Positions 41,924 to 50,700 of a stretch of DNA of 64,000 nt are shown one piece after another. Location: the NCBI GenBank assembly GCA_036846305.1, contig DAIUCF010000003.1, positions 67 through 64,066 of the forward strand, given 5' to 3'. Under the pieces are notes generated by a model. The model was not told the DNA's origin, searched no databases, and saw only the letters and a program-made list of their open reading frames with translations. Source of the stretch: Candidatus Poseidoniaceae archaeon. GTDB taxonomy: Archaea > Thermoplasmatota > Poseidoniia > Poseidoniales > Poseidoniaceae. The translations under genes and the position numbers were made by a program. Every line of letters begins with the position of its first letter. Position 1 is the first letter of the stretch.

Positions 41924-44435
41924 ACAGACCTATAGCAATACCAGCGAGTAAAAAGAAGCCTCCCGAAATCAAACCGCCAAATGATGAAGGGCCAGGGGCA
42001 GATTCTACAACTGGAGTCACGGTGACCTCTAGAGAAGTTGAGGCTCCTGCAAGCAATACTTGATCGCCGATTTGAGGTTGAACAGAATATGTGTTAACTC
42101 CTGCGAACAGAGGTGTGTCTGAGAACGATGTCGCCTCAGTTACTGCGACTGGAATGCCGTTACGCAGTATTGTGAAATTAGCTGATGGGCCGTCCCAAGA
42201 CCATTCAAGTTCAACGATTTGATTGTCAACTGAGGCAGTGAATTCTGAGACTGTTGGGCCTACCGTGGGAGTTAATTGTAGCGTAGTTGAATGTTGGCCT
42301 CCGGCATCATCAACGACAACAAGAGTTACAACTGTGTTTTCAGTGGTTTGAATGTTAATCTGGGCTCCAGTGGCTGTACCTAGTGCCCCTTTCGTATCTA
42401 TCCAAGACCACATGTATTCTACAATTATCCCGTCAGTATCACTGGAAGATGCTCCGCTCAATTCAAGATTTTCACCGGCCCAAACCGTTGACGTCAGTTG
42501 TGTAATGTCAGCAACGGGTTCAATGTTGAGTACTGTTGTACTGACTGACGTAGGACTGCCGTTGAGTCGTTCTGTGTCTGATGGAAGAACTTGGACAGTC
42601 CAAACTTGGCCTGGACCAAGTAAGGCATTGGGAATCGTTGTAGCATTCGTCAGCGAACCCTCCAAGAAACCATTTCGTAACCAATTTACAGTAACTTCGA
42701 CAGCGTCTCCGTCAGGATCCTCTGTTTCAATGACGATATTTACCGGGTCTTGAGAAGTTATGTTTTGAGATATTTGGACGGTCGCGCTCGGTGCACTGTT
42801 GAGAATAGTTACATTTGCAAACAACGATGTATCACTTAAGCCGGTTCCGTCACCAGCTCTAACTTCAACAGTCCATAACTCGCCTTTGGTTGTCGAACTT
42901 GATGGTAGGATTGCTAAACCATTGAGGGAAGGTCTCACATCGCCATCACGAGACCATGTGATTTGACTGTTTGAAGGTGAGTCGCCGTCTATGTCCGACA
43001 TTGTATATTCAAGAGCGATGTTGTCTGTAGTTTTAGCAACGGCAAGACTAAGTGAGATTGATTCGGTGACAGGTAACGAATTTTGAACCGTTATTGATGG
43101 TGTGTTGAACCATGTCGACCATTCATTCCCATCATGAACACGTACTTTGGCTGACCAAGTTTGACCTTTTTCAGTAAACGTTGATGGGATCATTAAACTG
43201 TTTTCTGCATAACTGAATGGGGCGCTATTTAATTCCCATAGAACCTCGAAATCAACCTCTGCATCGCCATCATCATCATTGTAAACATAGGATAAAGAAA
43301 AATCATCAGTCGTAACTATACTTGAGGGAGTGAAAGCGAAGTTTTGTATTGAAGGGGGGGTGTTAACTACTCCGCCTCCAACAGTGACTGCACTTGACGA
43401 AAACCATTGGGACACATCCTCCGAATCATTGGCACGAATTTCAACAACCCAAGAGTCGCCATCTCGGGTAGCAACGGAAGGAATTGATTGCATGCCGTTC
43501 AGTTCCGAAATAAGTGACCCGTCAAGGTACCAACGAATATCGTATGTTACTGCGTCATTATCGGCATCAGATGTGGTGCTGGTGAACGATAAGGCATCAT
43601 CTGGAGTAGGTGAAGGCGGTTGAATCGTTGGAGATGTTGTAGATGGAATGGCGTTTTGAATAAGGAGTGAGTTGCTGTTCACTGGGCTTCCAGAATCTGA
43701 GCCGTCAGATGGGGTGATGGTTGCCTCCCACTGTTGACCTTTTGCGGTAGCTGACGATGGGACTGACGCGCCAGAAAGCGAGGTTTGTTCAACACCGTCC
43801 TTGAACCACTGAATCACGGTACCCGATTCTTGGTCATTGTCAGGGTCAGAATACGAATAGCTGAGAACCAGTGTTGAGGCTGTCGTTGCACCCGACGGTC
43901 CAAGCAGAACACTAGAAGCGCTTGGAGGTGAATTCGGTGTAGCGCCGGCCTCTGGAATCTGGAAGGAAACAGTATCCCATCTATCTCCGCCGTTGCTTCC
44001 GCTACCGTCTGATGCCAGACCGGCAAGAGAGAGCGTTGCGACACCTGAGCCGGTTGCTGGAGCAATCCAATCGATACTCCACGAGCGCTGGCTGCTGCCG
44101 GTGATCGAATGAGTTGCGCTATTTTGAGCCGAATTTACATTTATCGCGAATCCGATTCCGGCAGACAACGTGCCTTTGTCAACTTCAAGATTAAACCCCC
44201 CACCGGAACCGGTAGGTCCGTTACTGACCGTAATGGTCAGTGTTGATGTGGCGCCCGCTGTGTACTGCGCTGGATGGCCGGAAAGAGAAACTGTAGCAGC
44301 AGTTCCTGCAGTGTTTGCATGACAATAACAACTCGAACTTTGATTATGTATCCCATTTGAGTTGCCTTGGGTTAACGGAGTTGCGCTTAGCAAAATAAGA
44401 ATAAAGAGAAATAAGGCAACCGATTTCCGATTCAT
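41901..44435 (-). CDS. Secreted, C-terminally TM-anchored multidomain protein: Cys-x-Cys-His N-domain, five tandem ~95-aa repeats, PKD-like and Fn3-like domains
   Basis: Signal peptide VALFLFILILLSATPLTQG. N-domain SSSCYCHANTAG...STLTITVSNG...GGGFNLEV. Five repeats each contain D-x-D-x-D ... W ... (K/P)G(Q/E/D)xW...V...D(G/S/T). PKD-like LSGASSSDTDGIIVEYMWSW...VVVDDAGG. Fn3-like IVELEWSWDGPSANFTILRNG. TM FFLLAGIAIGLFAF. Confidence 0.7.
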   Translation of the reverse strand: MNRKSVALFLFILILLSATPLTQGNSNGIHNQSSSCYCHANTAGTAATVSLSGHPAQYTAGATSTLTITVSNGPTGSGGGFNLEVDKGTLSAGIGFAINVNSAQNSATHSITGSSQRSWSIDWIAPATGSGVATLSLAGLASDGSGSNGGDRWDTVSFQIPEAGATPNSPPSASSVLLGPSGATTASTLVLSYSYSDPDNDQESGTVIQWFKDGVEQTSLSGASVPSSATAKGQQWEATITPSDGSDSGSPVNSNSLLIQNAIPSTTSPTIQPPSPTPDDALSFTSTTSDADNDAVTYDIRWYLDGSLISELNGMQSIPSVATRDGDSWVVEIRANDSEDVSQWFSSSAVTVGGGVVNTPPSIQNFAFTPSSIVTTDDFSLSYVYNDDDGDAEVDFEVLWELNSAPFSYAENSLMIPSTFTEKGQTWSAKVRVHDGNEWSTWFNTPSITVQNSLPVTESISLSLAVAKTTDNIALEYTMSDIDGDSPSNSQITWSRDGDVRPSLNGLAILPSSSTTKGELWTVEVRAGDGTGLSDTSLFANVTILNSAPSATVQISQNITSQDPVNIVIETEDPDGDAVEVTVNWLRNGFLEGSLTNATTIPNALLGPGQVWTVQVLPSDTERLNGSPTSVSTTVLNIEPVADITQLTSTVWAGENLELSGASSSDTDGIIVEYMWSWIDTKGALGTATGAQINIQTTENTVVTLVVVDDAGGQHSTTLQLTPTVGPTVSEFTASVDNQIVELEWSWDGPSANFTILRNGIPVAVTEATSFSDTPLFAGVNTYSVQPQIGDQVLLAGASTSLEVTVTPVVESAPGPSSFGGLISGGFFLLAGIAIGLFAFVRRD
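42488..43943 (-). repeat. Five tandem ~95-aa domain repeats within the 844-aa ORF (coding repeat)
   Basis: The repeat cores are listed in order.
1. SYSYSDPDNDQESGTVIQWFKDG...AKGQQWEATITPSDGS
2. TSTTSDADNDAVTYDIRWYLDG...RDGDSWVVEIRANDSE
3. SYVYNDDDGDAEVDFEVLWELN...EKGQTWSAKVRVHDGN
4. EYTMSDIDGDSPSNSQITWSRDG...TKGELWTVEVRAGDGT
5. ETEDPDGDAVEVTVNWLRNG...GPGQVWTVQVLPSDTE. Confidence 0.85.
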
Positions 44436-44491
44436 AATAATACCACATGTGACCTAGTTATCAAAGAGTTGGTGGATTGATTTTACATTCT

Positions 44492-46645
44492 TCAATTTTC
44501 ATTGAAATCGAAAAGTGACGGTTGCTTCTTTGGCTGATTGGAAACATCATCCAAATAGACCGGTGAAGCCTGAGTTGCAAGATTAGATTGACTGATTTCA
44601 TCTTCAAGTTGCTGTTCACTCCAAACGATAACACCAAGTGATTCTGCCTTCGATAGTTTTGAACCTGCCTTCTCACCGGCAATTAATACACTCAAGTTTG
44701 ACGAAACGCTACCTACGACCTTGCCTCCAGCCGACTTAATGGCTTGCTGAACTTCTTTCCTAGGCCTGTTGAGTGTGCCTGTTAAACAAAAAGTCTTACC
44801 TTCAAGAATACCACCGATCGAGAGTTTGGGTTCGTTTGTTATGGTTAGCAGTCCGTCCAAATCAAGAAGGATTTCTCGACGCTTTGAAAGTCCATCACGC
44901 ACTTGAAGGGCGACCTTGCTACCGATGCCGTCAACTGAACACAAAGAGCGTATGGCTTTGTTTTCGGAAAACGGTTTGCCTGAATCATCCAGTAATGGCC
45001 CAAAATTTTCATCATCGACATCAGCAAATGCATCATCCACCCATTGGACAAGTGAGGTGAAATCCTCACAATGCCGGGCTACTGAGGTTGCTAACTCAGG
45101 ACCTATGCCTGGCAATCCCAAAGCGTGAAGAAATTTACCAAGTGAGAGTGTCTTGACCTTTTCCAACTCATTAAGAACATTTGTTGCGGATTTTTCACCC
45201 ATACGGTCCATTGCTTCCAATTGGCTGCGTTGGATTCGGAATAAATCCGGAATGGTGGCGATTAACCCGTTTTCTATTAATTGTTCAACTAATTTTTCTC
45301 CAATCCCATCCATCTCTAAAGATCTGCACCAGTAGAGGATTGTACGGCTTGTGCGGGCTTCGCACATGAGGTCGATACATCGCAAAAAAGCTCCTTCAAC
45401 CTGCAAATCAGCACTACAGGCTGGGCATTGCGTAGGTATTGGAATAGTCTTGGATTTAGGCAATGTTTCGCTGAAAACACTACCATCTGCATGAAATCTT
45501 CCATCCAAGTTTGCAACAGTGGCTGGACCTAATCCCGATTCAATTTTAGGAATTACATCTCCACGTCGTACGATGAGTACTCTGTCACCGAGTTCCAAAC
45601 CTAGGCGTTCCACTTCACCAACATTGTGCAATGTGGTATGCTCAACAGTAACCCCCCCTACAGTTTGAGGAGCGATACGCGCTACCGGCGTAACCGCTCC
45701 GGTTCTACCCGTCTGCCAATTCACTTCCATCAACACCGATGTAGCCTCTTCAGGAGGAAACTTCCAAGCAAGAGCCCACCGAGGATGGTGGGCTGTCGAG
45801 CCAAGTCGTTCTCTTTGAGATAGATTATCCAATTTGAAGACGATTCCGTCAATTTCAAATTCAAAATCAGCTCTTTTTTCACTCCACATTTTTGTATATT
45901 CAATCATCTCTGATTGAAGGTGATCTGAATGAAATACCTGCCAAGGAGCTGGTTCAATACCAATTTGATTTTTCAAAAAATCAAGAAGTTCGCTATCGTA
46001 GTCTGCTGCTGGACGAGCATTTGGAAACTGTACATCATATGCACAAAACACCAAATCGGATGCCTCTGCTTTTCCATCCCCATGTTTCTGTCGCAATGCT
46101 CCTGAACAAAGATTCCGTGGATTTGGTGAGACATCTTTGTATTTGCTTTCAAAAACTTCCAACGGCATGACCACTTCGCCACGCACATGGCAGTCGACTG
46201 GTGTATTCAGTCGCAAAGGAATATTGGCCACCATTTTGGCATTGAGAGTGACATCCTCTCCTCGCTCTCCGCTACCTCGAGTGGCTGCTCGGTGGAGATT
46301 ACCAGCGACATACTCTAACGATAAAGCTGAACCATCGAGTTTGGGCTGCGCAAGGTATCGCTCACCACCAGAAGTTGACTGAGTAACGAAATGAATGATA
46401 TCGTCATCAGTTGTTCCCTTATCGAGGGAACGCATTGGGAATTGATGTTCAACCTTTACGGTACCAGGCAAAGGCTCCGGCCCTACCTTGTGCAAGACTT
46501 TGTTATCTGGGTCCAGACGTTGGAGTTCATCCCAAAGAGTGTCGAACTCAGCATCAGTGATTTCTGGAGAGGCGTGATTATAATACAATTCACGATGATA
46601 ATGGATTGCTTCGGCCAGTTGGAGAACGCGTTCAGACTCGGCCAT
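44492..46645 (-). CDS. ligA: NAD-dependent DNA ligase LigA
   Basis: Ia domain LQLAEAIHYHRELYYNHASPEITDAEFDTLWDEL. Adenylation site LAQPKLDGSALSLEY. RRGDVIPKI. Zn finger CPACSADL...CIDLMC. C-terminal BRCT LEGKTFCLTGTL...GGKVVGSVSSNLSVLIAGEKAGSKL. Confidence 0.92.
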   Translation of the reverse strand: MAESERVLQLAEAIHYHRELYYNHASPEITDAEFDTLWDELQRLDPDNKVLHKVGPEPLPGTVKVEHQFPMRSLDKGTTDDDIIHFVTQSTSGGERYLAQPKLDGSALSLEYVAGNLHRAATRGSGERGEDVTLNAKMVANIPLRLNTPVDCHVRGEVVMPLEVFESKYKDVSPNPRNLCSGALRQKHGDGKAEASDLVFCAYDVQFPNARPAADYDSELLDFLKNQIGIEPAPWQVFHSDHLQSEMIEYTKMWSEKRADFEFEIDGIVFKLDNLSQRERLGSTAHHPRWALAWKFPPEEATSVLMEVNWQTGRTGAVTPVARIAPQTVGGVTVEHTTLHNVGEVERLGLELGDRVLIVRRGDVIPKIESGLGPATVANLDGRFHADGSVFSETLPKSKTIPIPTQCPACSADLQVEGAFLRCIDLMCEARTSRTILYWCRSLEMDGIGEKLVEQLIENGLIATIPDLFRIQRSQLEAMDRMGEKSATNVLNELEKVKTLSLGKFLHALGLPGIGPELATSVARHCEDFTSLVQWVDDAFADVDDENFGPLLDDSGKPFSENKAIRSLCSVDGIGSKVALQVRDGLSKRREILLDLDGLLTITNEPKLSIGGILEGKTFCLTGTLNRPRKEVQQAIKSAGGKVVGSVSSNLSVLIAGEKAGSKLSKAESLGVIVWSEQQLEDEISQSNLATQASPVYLDDVSNQPKKQPSLFDFNEN

Positions 46646-46676
46646 GGTTATTCACCTTAGCCACATGCTATGAACA

Positions 46677-47126
46677 TCACGAAAACTGAAGTCCGAGTAA
46701 TTCAAAATCTGCCAAAGGACATCGTGTCATAATTGCCTGCGATAGTATTCGAATGTGTATTTCGGCCACGACATGAACTGTCGCTTGAAACATATGTCCT
46801 GCATGCACTTCGTTGTCATCATCTGACCAGCAACAGTGAATATGAGTAAACGCTTTCCCTTCTTCAGTCCGTGCGATATTTCCCGAAAGGCTAACCAGCT
46901 CAGATGGCATAGGCAAGGGGCGCCTCTGGTAGACGCCCTCTTCATTCATGTACCCGTACATGTTGTCACGAGTACGTCCAATACCACTGGTTATTGCGGC
47001 TGCATCAAATCCAACTTCATCGGCCAATGCCTGTAAAGATGCATGAATCTCTTCATTTGGGTCAATCCGTACAAACAGGTCTTCGCCACTACGCGTCCAT
47101 TCCATACAATGCCCAATGAAAGGCAC
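46677..47126 (-). CDS. PPC/DUF296-domain protein (PD1-like DNA-binding fold)
   Basis: EDLFVRIDPNEEIHASLQALADEVGFDAAAITSGIG...LVSLSGNIA...FTHIHCCWSDDDNEVHAGHM fits the DUF296/PPC pattern. Confidence 0.6.
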   Translation of the reverse strand: MPFIGHCMEWTRSGEDLFVRIDPNEEIHASLQALADEVGFDAAAITSGIGRTRDNMYGYMNEEGVYQRRPLPMPSELVSLSGNIARTEEGKAFTHIHCCWSDDDNEVHAGHMFQATVHVVAEIHIRILSQAIMTRCPLADFELLGLQFS

Positions 47127-47141
47127 TTATTGAGAATAACG

Positions 47142-47780
47142 CTACTCTTCCTCTCCGAAATAGGCTGATGGTTCATCCCAAGGATGTTTCAAGTCAAGAG
47201 CGAGTTCAATTTTTGAACGGGCGATAGAAAGATCGTTTTGAGAACCACCTAATGGCAATGGACCGAAGATCCCCCATCCTTTACGAAGAAGCATGATGCG
47301 GCGCGCAGGTTGTCGTCGTTGGAGACGTAATCTCCTCCAATCGTAACGCTGACCGTCAGCAAAGAGATGCGTTCGAGTAACTGCAAATCTTTTCGGTATG
47401 AGAAGTGATATTAGGTGAAGAGAAAGGAAAGCGTCCCAGATTATCGCGTACCAATAACTGGTATCAGAGGCCCCAAGAAGGGCCCAAGGTAATGCCATCA
47501 TCGCCGCCATCGACGCGAGATTCCCCCACTGACGTATCACCTCTTGAGGACCTTCGCTCGTCCAAGCAAAACCGCCATTTGGCAATTCCCCGAGATGAGG
47601 TATGTCCTGACGCTGACGCGTCAACCAAAAGGCATCCCATGCAACAATTGCTCCAAGGACACACACGGCTATTAGCGCCGCTGTATTAGCTGACATCAAT
47701 ATTTCCTGTGCCAAATACTCCACCTCAAAGGTGCCGCTCATCAATCGAGGTGGAATCATCCCAATTCTTTTCCCCACCAC
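47142..47780 (-). CDS. Hypothetical membrane protein (3-4 TM) with a basic C-terminal domain
   Basis: 212-aa ORF. The track start overlaps the upstream giant gene by 56 nt; the in-frame ATG at 47696 (MSANTAALIAV...) avoids the overlap. Confidence 0.5.
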   Translation of the reverse strand: MVGKRIGMIPPRLMSGTFEVEYLAQEILMSANTAALIAVCVLGAIVAWDAFWLTRQRQDIPHLGELPNGGFAWTSEGPQEVIRQWGNLASMAAMMALPWALLGASDTSYWYAIIWDAFLSLHLISLLIPKRFAVTRTHLFADGQRYDWRRLRLQRRQPARRIMLLRKGWGIFGPLPLGGSQNDLSIARSKIELALDLKHPWDEPSAYFGEEE

Positions 47781-50700
47781 GTTTAGTACGCATCATGAAC
47801 AGCACAATACCGCCAATAATGAGTACAATAAGGAGAAGAGTACCCGTAGAGAAGTCTCCTGATTCGCTCGAAGTTTCTGTTTCTTGGCTATCCAGTACTC
47901 CGTTTCCATCGTCATCCAAATCTGCAATTAGATATGTTTCCTTTCCTTCAGGGCAATCAACGGAATTTGGAAATCCGTCGCCATCTGAGTCAAGCCAAGC
48001 ACAAGGGTCTACTGGCCATGCATCTCTGATATCTATATGGCCATCGTTATCATCATCAGAATCTTCACTATCGGGCCCACAAGAATAGCCGTTTTCTTGG
48101 TCAAACCAAACTCCTGTGCTTTGAGTAAAGATACAGGTGGAGGTCCAATCTCCATCACTATCGAGCTCTGTAATTTCGAAATCTACTGCATCAGAGGATG
48201 TTGCACCCAACGTATCGGTAACATAAACTTCGAGTACGTACAATCCAAACTGTAAGTCAGTAATGTTGTATTGGGGCTCACTGGGTCCACGCATAACTTC
48301 AACTCCAGAAGCATCGGTAACGATCCAAACCAAAGACAAGTCTTGGAGGAGGTCATGATCATCAGAATAATTCAAAATCGCAAGAAGTGGATAAGACTCC
48401 ATAACTCGCTCACCTGAATACGGTGAAGTTATCTCAACAGATGGTGGAGAATTAGCAGTAAGGACAAGAATAACGTTCTTTGACATTGTCGAGGAGTAAG
48501 AGATATTTTGTATCGTATTCGGTAATCCACTTGCATGAGTTTCAAGAGTAAACTGGGTGAGGGAAGAAGAGGATTGGTTTTTGACAATGGATGTTGGAAT
48601 TTCAATCAAAACCGAGTTTCCGGACGCGCTGAATGAAAATTCAGATGCTAATCCTGATGTAGAGGCGGTAAACTCCACACTGTGTAAGGTTCCGTCCAAT
48701 GTTGCTGAAAAAGTAAACGTCTCCCAAGTACGCAATTCTGCCCCATTGTACATTGCTGAATTATCAGAGGTAGCATCGATAAGGTCGATTGTAATGAGCC
48801 CTGATGCACTAACTATACCATAAAATGAACCGCCCTCGATACGAGCTGGATAATTCTCTGAAGAAAGTACTGTGGATGTGATAATATCTGGATTCCGGAC
48901 AATAATTGGGGCGATAGCAGTACCATCCCCGTCATCGTGCAAATCAATTCCTACAGAATAAGAGAACGCTACAACATCAATGAGGTACAGTGAATCTGAT
49001 GAACGACCATGATGGCAAATAAATGCAGTTCCCGAGCCTTGGCCGTTGAGGATTACATCTTCAATGACTCCAGCAGAATTATCGACATCAATTCCTGGTG
49101 ACCCTGTTAGTTGGATGGTGTTCATCTGGATATTTCTGCTGTTCGTAACTGAGATTCCTGCTGCTGCACCAACGGTGCCATTGAACGATGTAACTGAAAA
49201 ATCAGCATCGATTGATTCAAGCGATAAAATGTGACCTTGCCCATTGAACTGAGTGGCATTAACTTGAGATAGTGAACCAATTACGGATGTGAGGTCGAAA
49301 CCTGTTGAAATATTTTCACCCAGGGTTATGTCGTTCATGTTAACCTCTACTTGACGAGCCCAAATCCCAATCCCATTACATGATTCCATCTCGACACTTT
49401 CTAAGCTCAATTGTGTTGAAGATGGGAACGCTTTGATGCAACCGTCGCCAGCGTCGTACAACTGTGAGTTTTTCAAAACAATTGTAGCATTACTGTTAGA
49501 ATCAATTTGAATCAAGGGGTCAGAACCCGATGCGCGAGCAATAGTAACACCATCGGCGACAAACGTACCCTGGCCCTGTACATTGAGGGCCGGAGATGCT
49601 TCAACGAAATTGGTATTCGATAAATCCACTAACGCATCTGCTCCGGTCAACAAAAGCCCTCCCCATCGGGAACCCAGTCCAGTGGAAGAAAGAGTCGCTG
49701 CTCCAACATCAATGCGTCCATCTACAGTAATTTTACTCCCATCAGAAATTCGCAAGGAAACACCGTCGTCAATTGTTAATGTTCCCGACGATTCTACAGT
49801 CAAGTCAGCGTCCAAAAAATAAGGGCTCCATCTTGACTCCAAAACCATCCAATTCGATAGAGTGCCTGGAGTGATTGTTGAAGCCATAAAAGTGTATTCA
49901 AAAGAGGAAAGCGTGTCCCAAGTGATAAAATCATAGAAAGAACCGATTTGCAGATTGATATTCTTTACACTGCCTAATGTATCCGATGAATCATCGACTT
50001 GGCGGGCTACAGCATTGGTTGCAACCTTGCCGTTTGCGTCGGTCATTGTAACCGCCCCGTCGATAGAAATAGTTGCGCCGACAACAGGCTGGCCCTTGTC
50101 AAGTACGGAAATTTCTAGAGAGGAAAGCATGGTCAATTCGCCTCCAGTGAGAACCGTAATGGCGCCAGAGATTTGCCCATCAAGAAGTTCCACTTGGCAA
50201 TTGGGTTGTATCAGTAAAGAGCCATCAATAACGAGGTTGTTCGAAGATCGAACCGATTGACATACCCACGTTACATTGGATTCGATGGTGAGGTCCCCAG
50301 AGCCGCTGGATTGAGAAACTGTGGAGTCAATCCCAACTGAAAGAGAATGCGATTTAATGGTTGCATCGCTACCTGCAAGAGTGGCTGTGCCTTCTAGAGT
50401 TACAGTGCCCAAAGTAGGTAGTTGTAGGATTGTGTTTGATACTTCCAATCCACCTCCTGTGAGAATTGTCAAATTCCCAGTGAGTACGTGAGGGGTGCCA
50501 TCTGGACGCTCTCCAAGATACACGAATTGGCCGCTATCGATGGTCCAGTCGCCTTGTGGAATCACCGGTACCTGAACCGACTGCCCCATTTGAGAACCGA
50601 ACAAAGTAACCCGAATTCCAGCACCTGATAGAGTGATGTCAACGGTCGAACCTGAAGCGATGAGGGGGAGAGTTGCAGCGCCGTTTATATCGCTCATTAA

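Noticed and set aside
41700-44340. Possible c-type cytochrome (haem-c) sites in the 844-aa and 383-aa secreted proteins
   Set aside because: The motifs are C-Y-C-H and C-G-G-A-C-H, not canonical C-x-x-C-H, and each occurs only once. I therefore do not call these cytochromes, and report only a conserved Cys/His-bearing N-domain.
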